IMG/VR virus record: IMGVR_UViG_3300021962_000056
Span: 28,532 to 92,531 of that record
Source: a virus
Reading direction: 5' to 3' (one strand)
DNA: 64,000 bases
The first letter of the stretch is position 1, and each line of letters begins with the position of its first letter. A program made the position numbers and the translations under genes. This document shows, in pieces, positions 18,858-28,828 of the stretch. The notes below the pieces were generated by a model. It ran no database searches and had not been told where the DNA came from. It was given only the letters and a program-made list of their open reading frames with translations.

Positions 18858-20897
18858 CTAGGCAGAGAGTAACGGGCAGGCCACTCGGCTGAGATCGCCG
18901 TATATGTCCTCCTGGAGACGTTGGGCAACCATGGCAATTCGCTTCAAGCGAAACCTGCCGGTGTTCACATAACGCAGCTGGAATTCGTAGCCATCGCGAG
19001 TGAAACCGCCGGTCTGCACGTCGCACTTGTCGGGCGGTTGTGGCAGGGCAATGCGCGATCGGGCGGGCGGCTGGTAGTATTTGACCTCTTGGCAGTTGAT
19101 TACCGCCGGCGGGCACGAAACCTCACCGGGCTCGCAGTTGCGGTACTTGGCGCAGTCTTTGATCTCGGCCCATGGATGCCAGCACTCGCCCTCGTTGGCC
19201 TTGAAGTAGACCTTGGCCTCGATGTTGCCCATGACCTGATCGTACCACTGTTCGGCGCTCATCAGGCGCTTCTTGTTGGCAGGCTCGGCAAACGTGAGTG
19301 AGCGTGTTTCAACGATCCACTCGATCGGCGAATCATCGAACCCATCGAAATCAAACTGGCCAGTACGGGTGATCTCGTAGAGGCCGATCTTTCCCTGATC
19401 CAATCCAAAGAGAAAACAACGGTCAGAATTCTGAACTCGAACCGTCAGCATTTGGAGAATGTCAGCGCCCGTCCAGACACCCTCCCAAGCAGGAGGGAGC
19501 TTGCGGCCCATTCCGGAAACCAAGTCGAAATCCATGACCACCAGCCCTCGATGCACAACACCGCGACCGTTCACCTTCTGCGGCTGGATGGTCATCAGCA
19601 TCCGGTTGTCGAAGTTCACGGAGCTAGCAGCCTTCAGGTAAAACTCCGTGTCGTAGGCCAAGGCCCGCACAACCTGCCGGCTGATAGGGGTGTTGCCCCA
19701 TTCGGTGAAATCGCGCCTGGCGTAGATCAACGACCGAATGCCGTCCTGCGCACGAAATATCAGATCACCGTTCATGGGAACGATGGATTCGTGATTGAAC
19801 GAACCAAAGTTCAGCAATGCGAATCGCTGGATCGGATAGCTGAGATCCTTCCAAACGTCGCGGTCCACTGGGGCTGCGAACGCGTAGGTCGCGGTCGGCG
19901 TGAATACCAGCAGGTCGCCATCTCCCAGCGACGTGTCCAAGTTGGCGCCAAACGCCAGTCCGGTGATCGGGCCATTGGAGACGGCGAAGGCACCGCCCTC
20001 ATTGAGGAATGTGTTCTCGGTGAATCGAATGACGGAGTTGCGGCCGTAAGCTGGATCTCCATAGACCAAGTCGCCACCGTAGTATTCTGATCCACTGGCT
20101 ACCCAGAGACGCCCCTTGCCGTAGGCCATCGGTCCTCCAACTGGAACTTCTTCACCAGTGGCGCGCCGAAACGTCGTTCCATCAAACAGGTACGGGGCAT
20201 TCAGCTGGTCTTGAACAATCAGCCAGTTTTCCGCCTGTTGGAAGAATACGTGATCCGCGTTTGGGTTGTTGGCTTGCAACCAGTATCCAGTGAAACTCGG
20301 TCCCAGCAATGGTCCTGCATCAACGCCAGGGCTGTACGTTGTGAACGTCGTTGGCGTCGGCGTGTTTTGAATCACGAAGTCACCGAAAAAACCTTCAGGA
20401 AACGAAGCGCCAACGCGCTCAGGCAGCCGCACAACCATTCCCGGAAACAAACCATGTGGAACGGAGCAGGTGTAGGTTGCGATGTTGGCAACGCGCCCTC
20501 GAGTATCAACCGTGAATGTGCCACCTTGAGGTGTTTGGTCTGAGACGAGGAAATTATTTTCGATGTCGATGCGGAACATTTTTCCGCTGATCGAAGCGAA
20601 CAGATACGGCGTGCCATCATCGTTCACATAGGCGCCGCAGCCTTGGAAATACCCAGTCTTGAATGCGTCTTGAACGGCCGCGTTGTAGTAGCCTGAGTCG
20701 GTGACAACAGTCGGATCCGGGAACGTCAACCCTTTCAACCAGATCCCTGGCCGCGCCTTGGGAAAACCTCCACGGACAGTCGTGTTCACCGCCCAAGCCA
20801 GTTGGTTGGGTTGAATCAATGACGGAGAGAACCCGCTATCTACACCGCCTTCTGCGGTGAGCAGGCCGTCAACCAAACGATTCTTTTCGGCGACCAT
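18858..20897 (-). CDS. Putative tail nozzle / packaged-DNA stabilisation protein (P22 gp10 / tubular B-like)
   Basis: 680 aa, beta-rich propeller-like pattern (GPMAYGKGRLWV, DLIFRAQDGIRSL); first gene of the tail operon. Confidence 0.6.
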   Translation of the reverse strand: MVAEKNRLVDGLLTAEGGVDSGFSPSLIQPNQLAWAVNTTVRGGFPKARPGIWLKGLTFPDPTVVTDSGYYNAAVQDAFKTGYFQGCGAYVNDDGTPYLFASISGKMFRIDIENNFLVSDQTPQGGTFTVDTRGRVANIATYTCSVPHGLFPGMVVRLPERVGASFPEGFFGDFVIQNTPTPTTFTTYSPGVDAGPLLGPSFTGYWLQANNPNADHVFFQQAENWLIVQDQLNAPYLFDGTTFRRATGEEVPVGGPMAYGKGRLWVASGSEYYGGDLVYGDPAYGRNSVIRFTENTFLNEGGAFAVSNGPITGLAFGANLDTSLGDGDLLVFTPTATYAFAAPVDRDVWKDLSYPIQRFALLNFGSFNHESIVPMNGDLIFRAQDGIRSLIYARRDFTEWGNTPISRQVVRALAYDTEFYLKAASSVNFDNRMLMTIQPQKVNGRGVVHRGLVVMDFDLVSGMGRKLPPAWEGVWTGADILQMLTVRVQNSDRCFLFGLDQGKIGLYEITRTGQFDFDGFDDSPIEWIVETRSLTFAEPANKKRLMSAEQWYDQVMGNIEAKVYFKANEGECWHPWAEIKDCAKYRNCEPGEVSCPPAVINCQEVKYYQPPARSRIALPQPPDKCDVQTGGFTRDGYEFQLRYVNTGRFRLKRIAMVAQRLQEDIYGDLSRVACPLLSA

Positions 20898-20940
20898 GAC
20901 GCTTGAACCCATTGAAAGGCCATCGCAAGATTCCCGCAAG

Positions 20941-22713
20941 ATGAATGAAAGCCCCGATTACTTGTCCATACCGTGGCGTACAAAAGACCGCTTCTTGATC
21001 GAGGCTGAGATGGTGCGTCGTGGCGGGTACATTCACAACGCCGGCGTGAAGTACGGTCAGGGCAAGTATTACCACTTCCGCGCTGCCATGACGGCGCTGT
21101 GGCCGCACTTCGACTGGCATGAATGGTCGGAGCTTCTGATCCAAGCATTCGTCGAGAACCAAGAGGTCGGCATCATGGGGCCGGGTTCATCTGGCAAGAC
21201 GTACAACTCCGCAGCGTTTGGGCTGTGCTCGTTCTACATCTGGCCGAAGGGCACCTCGATCATCATGTCGTCAACGACGCGTGAGGGTCTCCAGCTGCGA
21301 ATCTGGGGCTCGATCAAGGAGCTTCACAACAAAGCCAAGGAACGTCGCGAGTGGCTCCCGGGCCGCGTGATTGAAAGCCGGTTCATCCTGACCAGTTCGG
21401 ATGAAGATGCCGAAGCGCAGGACTTTCGAGACGGCATCATCGGTGTAGCGTGCAAGGTGGGCGGCACCTTTGTCGGCCTCTCGAACTACGTCGGATTGAA
21501 AAACGATCGCGTGATGTTGATCGCGGACGAAGCCTCGCTGATGGGGCGCGGTTTCTTGGATTCGGTGGCTAACCTTCGCAAGAACCCCGAGTTCAAGCTG
21601 ATCGCGATGGGCAACCCCAAGGACCGCAATGATGCGCTTGGCGTAGTGTGCGAACCGCATCCGACATTCGGCGGCTGGGAGGGTCTCGAATACTTGGAGA
21701 AAACGCGCACCTGGAGAACGCGGGCGCCCGGTGGGTTGGCTGTCCAGCTGTGTGGATACGACACGCCGAATGCGAAATTCCCCAAGGGCACGAATCCGTA
21801 TCGAGGCATCATCACGCCTGAGCAGATTCAGGCGGACCTCGATTACTACGGCCGGGACTCGTTGCAGTTCTCGATGATGAACCTCGGTCTGTTGCCTCGG
21901 GACGGTGGCACCAGGCGCGTGGTTACGATGTCGCTGTGCGAGCAGAACCAGGCGTTTGACGATGTGGTGTGGGACCGCGCTGACAAGATCATCCGGATCA
22001 TCGGCATCGACGCTGCGTACTCAGGCGTCGGCGGTGACCGATGCGTTATGACGGACCTCAAGTTTGGACCAGATGCGTCCGGCCGCACGGTGCTAGCATT
22101 CGCAGAACCGCCCATCGTGATTCCGGTCACAGCCGTCAAAGCCCAGCAGGCCGAGGAGCAGATTGCCGAGTACGTGTTGCTCTACTGCAAGCAGCGCAAC
22201 ATCAACCCTGAGCAGGTGGGATTCGACTCCACTGGACGCGGTACGCTGATGTCGGCGTTCGCTCGCTTGTGGTCTCCGCAGGTGGTGCCAATCGAGTTCG
22301 GCGGCAAGCCGCTGGATCGCCCGGTGCGCCAGGGAGATCCTAAGACTGAGCGCGAGGCTTACGGCAAGATGGTGACTGCACTCTGGTATTCGTCCCGCCT
22401 ACTCATCGAGTCCAAGCAGTTGCGGAAACTGCCCCGTGAAGTCGCCGAGGAAGGTTCGATGCGCGAATGGGGTATCGCCCGTACTGGATTGATCGACGTG
22501 GAGCCGAAGCACAAGACCAAGGAACGCATGGGCCGATCGCCTGACTTGTGGGATTCGTTCGTGGTTGCGCTCGAAATGGCGCGCCGAAACGGTTTTGAGA
22601 TTGCAGGCGGCCACGGTGTTGGTATTGTCAAGCGACAGACACCAAAGTGGCTGACGCGTATGTCTGACAAGCGCCGGTCAGTGGAGTCTCAACATTCATT
22701 AACTTACTCCTGA
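20941..22713 (+). CDS. terL: Terminase large subunit
   Basis: Walker A GPGSSGKT, Walker B LIADEA, GNP coupling motif, nuclease IIGIDAA..GGDRCV and RSPDLWDS. Start could alternatively be 20896. Confidence 0.9.
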   Translation: MNESPDYLSIPWRTKDRFLIEAEMVRRGGYIHNAGVKYGQGKYYHFRAAMTALWPHFDWHEWSELLIQAFVENQEVGIMGPGSSGKTYNSAAFGLCSFYIWPKGTSIIMSSTTREGLQLRIWGSIKELHNKAKERREWLPGRVIESRFILTSSDEDAEAQDFRDGIIGVACKVGGTFVGLSNYVGLKNDRVMLIADEASLMGRGFLDSVANLRKNPEFKLIAMGNPKDRNDALGVVCEPHPTFGGWEGLEYLEKTRTWRTRAPGGLAVQLCGYDTPNAKFPKGTNPYRGIITPEQIQADLDYYGRDSLQFSMMNLGLLPRDGGTRRVVTMSLCEQNQAFDDVVWDRADKIIRIIGIDAAYSGVGGDRCVMTDLKFGPDASGRTVLAFAEPPIVIPVTAVKAQQAEEQIAEYVLLYCKQRNINPEQVGFDSTGRGTLMSAFARLWSPQVVPIEFGGKPLDRPVRQGDPKTEREAYGKMVTALWYSSRLLIESKQLRKLPREVAEEGSMREWGIARTGLIDVEPKHKTKERMGRSPDLWDSFVVALEMARRNGFEIAGGHGVGIVKRQTPKWLTRMSDKRRSVESQHSLTYS

Positions 22714-22714
22714 T

Positions 22715-23125
22715 ATGGCCTCATTCAATCAAGTCATCCTGATCGGAAACCTTACCAAAGACCCCGAAGTCAAAACGCTGCCCAAGGGAAGCACCGTTTG
22801 TGGTTTCAGTCTGGCAGCCAATCGCCGCTGGAAGAGCGAGTCCGGTGAGGACAAGGAGGAGGTCTTCTTTGCCAACTGCAAAGCGTTCGGGAAGTCTGCT
22901 GACTCGATTGGTAAGTACGTCAAGAAGGGTGATCCGCTGATGGTTACCGGCCGCCTGACCACTGAGAAGTGGACCGCCAAGGACGGTCAGGAAAAGTCTT
23001 CGACCCGCATCGTGGTCGAGCAGTTCCAGTTTCTGAAGAGTCGGGATGCTTCAGCACCCGCAGCTAAGCCTGCCGCTGCCGCTCCCAAGCCTGATCTGGA
23101 CGATTCAGACGATCTTCCGTTTTAA
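22715..23125 (+). CDS. ssb: Single-stranded DNA-binding protein
   Basis: NQVILIGNLTKDPE, KKGD...V.GRL, acidic DDLPF tail. Confidence 0.95.
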   Translation: MASFNQVILIGNLTKDPEVKTLPKGSTVCGFSLAANRRWKSESGEDKEEVFFANCKAFGKSADSIGKYVKKGDPLMVTGRLTTEKWTAKDGQEKSSTRIVVEQFQFLKSRDASAPAAKPAAAAPKPDLDDSDDLPF

Positions 23126-23134
23126 TGCTGCCGT

Positions 23135-23410
23135 ATGAGCAACATGAATCTGACTTCGTTCCCCAACGGTGGATGGCAGTATTACCAGCCCGAAACCAAG
23201 TGGAATAAACCCAACCCGATGAACGATGATTTCTACGAAACAGCCAGAATCATCGCGCAGCATCGGGCCGCCAACGGTCTGCCAGCTTCACTCGAGAAGG
23301 CCCAACTGGACCTAGAGAACTACACCAAGGCCCGCTTTCCGTCCACGTACTCAACACCAGGATCCAATGTACAACCAAGGGTTTCAGGCTGTCGCACGTG
23401 CGGTCGCTAA
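23135..23410 (+). CDS. Hypothetical protein with C-terminal CxxC
   Basis: In operon; ends GCRTCGR. Confidence 0.6.
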   Translation: MSNMNLTSFPNGGWQYYQPETKWNKPNPMNDDFYETARIIAQHRAANGLPASLEKAQLDLENYTKARFPSTYSTPGSNVQPRVSGCRTCGR

Positions 23411-23759
23411 ATTGCGCCAGACGGCTCAAGGAGCGCGCATCCTGGCCGAATGGCTTGGTGATGGTGGAACACCTGTCGATCGCCGTCAGGCGCAGGATCG
23501 CATTGATACCTGCAACCGCTGTATTCACAACAAACCCACGGATGCACGGTCGGTTACCAAGACTGTGGCCGAGGCTATTCTTGAGCAGGAACAGGCGCGC
23601 AATGACATGGCGATGTTTCTGCAAGGGGAGGGGCTTGCTGGCACCTGCGAAGTCTGCGGGTGCTATCTCAAGTTGAAGGCTTGGGTCCCTCTTTCGTATC
23701 TTGGCAAGACCGAAATGCCCGATAATTGCTGGATTTCGCACGAACGGAAAGCAATCTGA
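23367..23759 (+). CDS. Cys-rich putative Zn-binding protein (DUF6171-like)
   Basis: R...CNRC and CEVCGC.L.LK...CW motifs. Confidence 0.65.
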   Translation: MYNQGFQAVARAVAKLRQTAQGARILAEWLGDGGTPVDRRQAQDRIDTCNRCIHNKPTDARSVTKTVAEAILEQEQARNDMAMFLQGEGLAGTCEVCGCYLKLKAWVPLSYLGKTEMPDNCWISHERKAI

Positions 23760-23766
23760 CACCGAT

Positions 23767-26040
23767 ATGAGCTTCAAGGAACCCAGCAGAGTCTGGAACG
23801 TCGTTAGCGCCATGCTCGAAGCGGAACAGCCGCGCTCCCGCAACCGAGCGCGCATCAACTCCTGCTTCAACGGCAACCCTCCATACACCCAGGAGGAAGC
23901 ACGCGACAACCGCATCCAGACGAACGTCAACTTCCTGGAAGGCACCCGGATCATCCATGCCTCTCGCCAGCAGTTCACGAACGCCTTCTTGAAGCCGCAG
24001 AATTACTTCTCGGTTGGTCTCGACATCGGACCCCGCGACAAGCGCACCCAGTGGGGCAACATCATCACGAAGCAGCTGAACCGCGTGATGAAGCGGTCTC
24101 CGAAATACTCTACGGTCTTGGAGTCTCAGTTTGCGGCCACGGTGCTTCACGGCATCGGGCCAGTCACTTGGCTTCGTGATCGCGACTGGTGCCCATCGGC
24201 TCGCGGCACTGAGGACATCTTGGTCCCGACCAACACGTTGACTACGATGGAGAACCTGTCGCACTTCGCGATCTACACGTCCTTTACGGCTCAGGACCTG
24301 ATCCGTATGACCCGTGGTGAGAACGTGGACCCCGGCTGGAATCTGACGCTGGTGAACCAGCTGCTGGCAGCGATGATCGAACGCGAGGCTACCAGCCTCC
24401 AGGTCAACGACTGGTCTGGCCAATACTTCCCTGAGAAGATTGAGGAAGATTTCAAGGAGAACTCCGGCTACTGGGGTTCCGACGCGACACCGGTGCTGCG
24501 TTGCTACGACTTCTACTTCCTGGACACGACCAGTGACGACCCCTCCTGGCGCCGCCGTATCATCGTTGACCAGTACAACAGCGGCATCGGCAATATGCAG
24601 ACCGCTGGACAGTGGCTCTTCGATGCGGGAGATCGGTGTTACGGCCGCGACATCTTTGAACTGATGCACGTCCAGTTTGCCGACGGCGCTGTAGTGCCTC
24701 CGTTCCGGTGGCATTCCGTGCGGTCACTCGGATACCTGCTGTACTCTGTCTGCCATCTCCAGAATCGGATGCGCTGCAAATTCACCGACTCGGTGTTCGA
24801 GCAGATGCTGTGGCTCTTCCGCAACGTCGCGGACGGCGACATGGAGCGCATGGAGAAGATCGACCTGTTCAACATGGGCGTGATCCCCGAAGGACTCTCA
24901 TGGGTTCCGCAGTCCGAACGTCACGTGCTGGACTACCCGATGCTCTCGGGCGCCATGGCCATGCACCGACAGATCATGGCCGAGTCCAGTGCGGCCTACA
25001 CGCAAGACGTGAACGACGGTTCATCGAAGGAACTCACAGCGACCGAGGTGATGGCCCGCGTGAACAACGCCAATGCGCTCATGGGCTCGATGCTCACCCG
25101 CGCCTACACTCAGCAGACCTTCCAGTACCGCGAGATCGCTCGCCGGTTCTGCACGATCGACCATCCCGACTGCGTTCAGTTCCGTCGCAAGTGCGAAGCC
25201 GAAGGCGTCGATCCATCCGTGTTCAACAACCTCGACAGCTGGGACATCATGCCTGAGCGCGTCATGGGCTCCGGCAACAAGATGCTCGAGATCGCGCAGG
25301 CTGACCGACTCATGGCCATCCGGCCGTTGCTAGCACCGGATTCCCAAGCCGAGGTGGTTCATATGTACGTCGAGGCCAACACTGACGATCCCCTCCTGGC
25401 GAATCGTCTCGCACCGGTGGACAACAAACCCGTCTCGCCGGCCGTCGAGCGCGCTACGATGGCGTGGGGAACGCTCATCGACGGTCAGCCGGTGGTTATC
25501 GCGACTTCGATCAATCGGCCCGAGTACATCCAGACGCTTCTCCAGATGCTTGGTGGCGCTATCGGGCGCATCGAGAAGGAGCAGAACGGTATGCCGACCA
25601 TGGAACGCGTGCTTGGCTTGGCCAACGTCATTCAGCACATCCAGGAGCAGATGCAGTTGATCGCTCAGGACCCCGGCCAGGAGCAGAACATGAAGCTCTA
25701 CAACGACGGCATCGCTCAGGCCTCGAACTACATCAAGGGCTACGTGCAGCGTCTTCAGCAGCAAGCTCAGGCTCAGGCCGAAGCAGGCGCAGCTGGAAAT
25801 GGAATGGATGCCGAGACCGCTGCGAAGATCCAGTCGATGCTCATCACCGCGCAGTCCAAGGCTCAGATCGCTGCCGCGAACTCCGAGCAGAAGCGCGTCC
25901 AGAAGCAGGTGGCATTCGAGCAAGACCAACAGCGCAAGAACGCCAACACGATCGCCGAGGCTCAGCGCAAGGGCGCACTCACTCGGGCGGACATTGCCGC
26001 CATGGATCTCAAGACTCAGGCCGACATCCTTAACCAATGA
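23767..26040 (+). CDS. Portal protein
   Basis: 758 aa, VLHGIG, ELTATEV motif, long Gln/Ala C-terminal barrel; lies between TerL and scaffold. Confidence 0.75.
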   Translation: MSFKEPSRVWNVVSAMLEAEQPRSRNRARINSCFNGNPPYTQEEARDNRIQTNVNFLEGTRIIHASRQQFTNAFLKPQNYFSVGLDIGPRDKRTQWGNIITKQLNRVMKRSPKYSTVLESQFAATVLHGIGPVTWLRDRDWCPSARGTEDILVPTNTLTTMENLSHFAIYTSFTAQDLIRMTRGENVDPGWNLTLVNQLLAAMIEREATSLQVNDWSGQYFPEKIEEDFKENSGYWGSDATPVLRCYDFYFLDTTSDDPSWRRRIIVDQYNSGIGNMQTAGQWLFDAGDRCYGRDIFELMHVQFADGAVVPPFRWHSVRSLGYLLYSVCHLQNRMRCKFTDSVFEQMLWLFRNVADGDMERMEKIDLFNMGVIPEGLSWVPQSERHVLDYPMLSGAMAMHRQIMAESSAAYTQDVNDGSSKELTATEVMARVNNANALMGSMLTRAYTQQTFQYREIARRFCTIDHPDCVQFRRKCEAEGVDPSVFNNLDSWDIMPERVMGSGNKMLEIAQADRLMAIRPLLAPDSQAEVVHMYVEANTDDPLLANRLAPVDNKPVSPAVERATMAWGTLIDGQPVVIATSINRPEYIQTLLQMLGGAIGRIEKEQNGMPTMERVLGLANVIQHIQEQMQLIAQDPGQEQNMKLYNDGIAQASNYIKGYVQRLQQQAQAQAEAGAAGNGMDAETAAKIQSMLITAQSKAQIAAANSEQKRVQKQVAFEQDQQRKNANTIAEAQRKGALTRADIAAMDLKTQADILNQ

Positions 26041-26300
26041 TACAATCCCCCAAGCAAGAGTTTCAGCGCGACAAGCAGCGCCTCCAATCAGTCGAGCGAA
26101 TGCTCGAAACGCCCGAACTCCAAGCCGCGCTCTTGGCGGCCTTCAATAATTTCTGCTGGAACCTTCCGCCCTCGGAGAACCCGCAGCATGGCTGGAATGC
26201 CAACTGCAAGCGCGCCGGTGCGCGTGCGTTCATCGAGGAACTGAATGGTCTGGTGGAAATGCGAAAAGAAAAAACGACTCTTAATCAGAACCTCGAATGA
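26037..26300 (+). CDS. Small conserved protein downstream of portal
   Basis: ATGA-coupled on both sides; GARAFIEEL helix. Confidence 0.65.
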   Translation: MIQSPKQEFQRDKQRLQSVERMLETPELQAALLAAFNNFCWNLPPSENPQHGWNANCKRAGARAFIEELNGLVEMRKEKTTLNQNLE

Positions 26301-27550
26301 ACCCGCTGCTATCACCAGATGCCCCAACCGAACGGGGCGCAGATTATTCCGAAGCATTTTCCGGCATCGACGCTATCGAAGGGCAAGGTCTGGACAACCC
26401 GATGGGTTCAGCGATGCCTGCGCCTGTCGCTGCACCAACTCCCGCTCCCGCTCCTGAGCCGGCCCCAGTTGCTGCCACCACCACCCCGGCTGCCGAAGCT
26501 CCGAAGCCGAAGGTTGAAGACCTGTTCAACCTGGATCGGTTCACTCCGAAGAAGGAAGATCCCGCACCTGCTGCGAAGACGGAACCCGCCAAGCCGGAAC
26601 CGACCTCGATCAAGCAGTTCCGCGAGCAGTACGAGATGACCAAGAAGGAGCGCGATGATTTCGCGGCCAAGGTCTCCGAACTCGAACGCGCCAAGTCCGA
26701 GGGCACTCGCAAGGAAGTCGAAGAAGCCACCAAGGCCCTGAAGGCTGAGATGGATTCGATCCGCAAAAACGCCGAGGAACTGGACACTGAAGTCCGGTAT
26801 CTCAACTACACGCGATCTGGCGAGTACAAGCAGAAGTACGAATCGCCGCTGCGTGAAGCGTGGCAGACGGCTCTCGGAGACATCGACGGTATCCGCGTCA
26901 CTGATGAAGACGGCACCGAGCGCGATGCCAATCATCAAGACATCATGACTCTCTTGAACGTGCCGGTAGCCAAGGCTGCTATCATCGCCCAGGAGACGTT
27001 CGGCCCAGCTGCGCCCGAGATGATGGCCCACCGCCGTAAGATCCTTGAACTCACTCAGTCTCGAGACAAGTCCATCGCCGAGTGGAAAGAGAAGGGCGCC
27101 CAACGCGAGATCGAGAAGTCCAAGCTCGTTGAGACCCGCCAGTCCCGGTCACGCGAGTTGTTTGAGTCGCAGTTTGCCGACTACGAGAAGACCCACGCTC
27201 AGCTGTTCGGCCGAGAGGAAGGCGATGAAGATGGAAACCGTCTGCTGGATGAAAGTGATCGCCTGATCAAGATCGCTCTGAAGGGCGAAGGCGTCGATGC
27301 TGACATGGGCTACGACGACAAGGTGGACCTGATCACCAAGGCTCAGGCTCAGGTGGCGCTACGTGCGCGGGCCTACGGGCGCGAGCGCCTGCGGGTAATC
27401 CGGCTCCAGCAGAAGGTGGCCGAACTCGAGAAGAAGGTTGGCAAGGTCCGGTCGTCTGAACCCGGCCAAGGTGAAGGCACCTCGACCGCTACCCGGGTGG
27501 CACCGAAGAACGCGGAGGACGCGATCGACGAACTTCCGTCAGCGTACTAA
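26297..27550 (+). CDS. Putative capsid scaffolding protein
   Basis: Acidic, Pro/Ala N-terminal linker, long coiled coil; follows portal. Confidence 0.6.
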   Translation: MNPLLSPDAPTERGADYSEAFSGIDAIEGQGLDNPMGSAMPAPVAAPTPAPAPEPAPVAATTTPAAEAPKPKVEDLFNLDRFTPKKEDPAPAAKTEPAKPEPTSIKQFREQYEMTKKERDDFAAKVSELERAKSEGTRKEVEEATKALKAEMDSIRKNAEELDTEVRYLNYTRSGEYKQKYESPLREAWQTALGDIDGIRVTDEDGTERDANHQDIMTLLNVPVAKAAIIAQETFGPAAPEMMAHRRKILELTQSRDKSIAEWKEKGAQREIEKSKLVETRQSRSRELFESQFADYEKTHAQLFGREEGDEDGNRLLDESDRLIKIALKGEGVDADMGYDDKVDLITKAQAQVALRARAYGRERLRVIRLQQKVAELEKKVGKVRSSEPGQGEGTSTATRVAPKNAEDAIDELPSAY

Positions 27551-27699
27551 CGGGCGGCCTTGCGCCTACCAGCAGCGGCTCGGCGTTGGAACTCTTCCGC
27601 GCCGAGCTTTTTTCTGCCTATGAATGCCGCGAGAGCGCGAGGATCGTCCGCACCTTGATTCTTCAGCTTGCGGACCAGTTTGGCGTATTTGGTTTGCAT
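27547..27699 (-). CDS. Small basic phage protein
   Basis: DPRALAAFIGRKKLG..FQRRAAAGR; ATG 4 nt after the upstream stop. Confidence 0.65.
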   Translation of the reverse strand: MQTKYAKLVRKLKNQGADDPRALAAFIGRKKLGAEEFQRRAAAGRRKAAR

Positions 27700-27703
27700 A
27701 GAG

Positions 27704-27949
27704 TCACCAGGCCCGACATGACCAATACTTGGCAGACAGCTTCGTTCCCGGGGTATCGCAACCATGCCGCGCACGGAAGCTCTTCCGGTTTTTCGCGATG
27801 TGCTTCTTGATCGGCATCTTGGGATCACCGAAGCGCACCAAGCGCACCTTGCCATCTTCCTTGGCCAGCACGGCAGACTTCTTGGACGCACCCGGCGTAG
27901 CCTTGGGCTTGTTGTAGCCGGCGAACTTCTGGCCTCGGTAGGTGATCAT
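27704..27949 (-). CDS. Basic phage protein (DUF6321-like)
   Basis: LVRFGDP.M...RKSFRARH.C....KLSAKYWSC..W motif. Confidence 0.75.
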   Translation of the reverse strand: MITYRGQKFAGYNKPKATPGASKKSAVLAKEDGKVRLVRFGDPKMPIKKHIAKNRKSFRARHGCDTPGTKLSAKYWSCRAW

Positions 27950-28173
27950 TTGGTCTTGGGCAGAGCGTACCACCCAGCTGGAATCTTCACAGTCGAAGGG
28001 CCGACCAGCTTACCGTCGCGGTCAAACGCGTACACGCTAGCCCGCGTCGGCTCTGCTAGCATGATCGGATCACCGGAAGGGACCAGGACCACCTTCGTCC
28101 GGCAGCCCAGGCAAATCGGCAATACGAGCAGCCAGATCGTTCTTGAGAGGTTTGGGTGCATTTCCATCTTCAA
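27946..28173 (-). CDS. Lipoprotein, putative o-spanin
   Basis: Hydrophobic signal plus lipobox CLGC; in lysis cluster; exact start uncertain. Confidence 0.55.
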   Translation of the reverse strand: MKMEMHPNLSRTIWLLVLPICLGCRTKVVLVPSGDPIMLAEPTRASVYAFDRDGKLVGPSTVKIPAGWYALPKTK

Positions 28174-28240
28174 CCGTTGGCGCAGGCGTTTCCCGGAGCC
28201 AGTCCAGGAACGCCTTCACCAGTTGGTAGATCCAGTTCAC
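28070..28240 (-). CDS. Putative i-spanin-like small protein (not in ORF track)
   Basis: GTG-start 56-aa ORF MNWIYQLVKAFLDWLRETP..., between holin and lipoprotein and overlapping the latter in Rz/Rz1 fashion. Confidence 0.45.
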   Translation of the reverse strand: MNWIYQLVKAFLDWLRETPAPTVEDGNAPKPLKNDLAARIADLPGLPDEGGPGPFR

Positions 28241-28251
28241 TGGTTAGTCAC

Positions 28252-28446
28252 TCACGCAGCTGGAGCAGCAGGCGGAGTCGGAGGAGTCTTGCGATTCTTC
28301 CAGACAGACCAGCCAACACCCAAGACCGTGATAAAAGCGCCGGCAAGCTCGTTCGCCTGGTCAACGGTGACGAGGCCCTTGGCGACAAGGAACCCGCCTC
28401 CGAATGAGAGGCCGTGGCGGACGATAGACTTGATTGAGTCGTTCAT
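28252..28446 (-). CDS. Putative holin (Pam3 gp28-like)
   Basis: SIVRHGLSFGGGFLVAKG...GVGWSVW, two hydrophobic segments. Confidence 0.75.
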   Translation of the reverse strand: MNDSIKSIVRHGLSFGGGFLVAKGLVTVDQANELAGAFITVLGVGWSVWKNRKTPPTPPAAPAA

Positions 28447-28649
28447 TTCAGAGTCATCCTACCAATCAACTGGGCCAGCACAACCAAAACCCCAAGGCCG
28501 CCAAACAGCTTCCATTGAAACTGCTTGAGGCCTTCGAGGGTGGCTTTGATTCCGTGGATGTCGGAGACCATACCGGCGTCTTTGTCACCGATGATGGTCT
28601 CCAGTCTCACGATACGTACCTCAAGGTTGTGAAGGTTCTCCTCCGGCAT
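28443..28649 (-). CDS. Small membrane protein (XhlA-like)
   Basis: Coiled coil RIVRLE followed by a C-terminal TM helix. Confidence 0.6.
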   Translation of the reverse strand: MPEENLHNLEVRIVRLETIIGDKDAGMVSDIHGIKATLEGLKQFQWKLFGGLGVLVVLAQLIGRMTLK

Positions 28650-28806
28650 TGGTGGGCGCGGTTTGGGATGCTGCTAGCAGAATCTTGTCTTGAAGCGGGA
28701 TTCCAACGCGACCGTTTTGGCTTCCGCCGGCACGGATGGCAATCTCGATCAGTTGGACGAGATTCTGGGCTTCGGTTTGGTTGATTGTCAGCGTGATTTC
28801 GTTCAT
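28621..28806 (-). CDS. Small conserved phage protein (fibre-associated)
   Basis: LVQLIEIAIRAGG; homologue at 63894. Confidence 0.7.
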   Translation of the reverse strand: MNEITLTINQTEAQNLVQLIEIAIRAGGSQNGRVGIPLQDKILLAASQTAPTNAGGEPSQP

Positions 28807-28828
28807 GCGGCGTCAGCGTATGTCAGCG

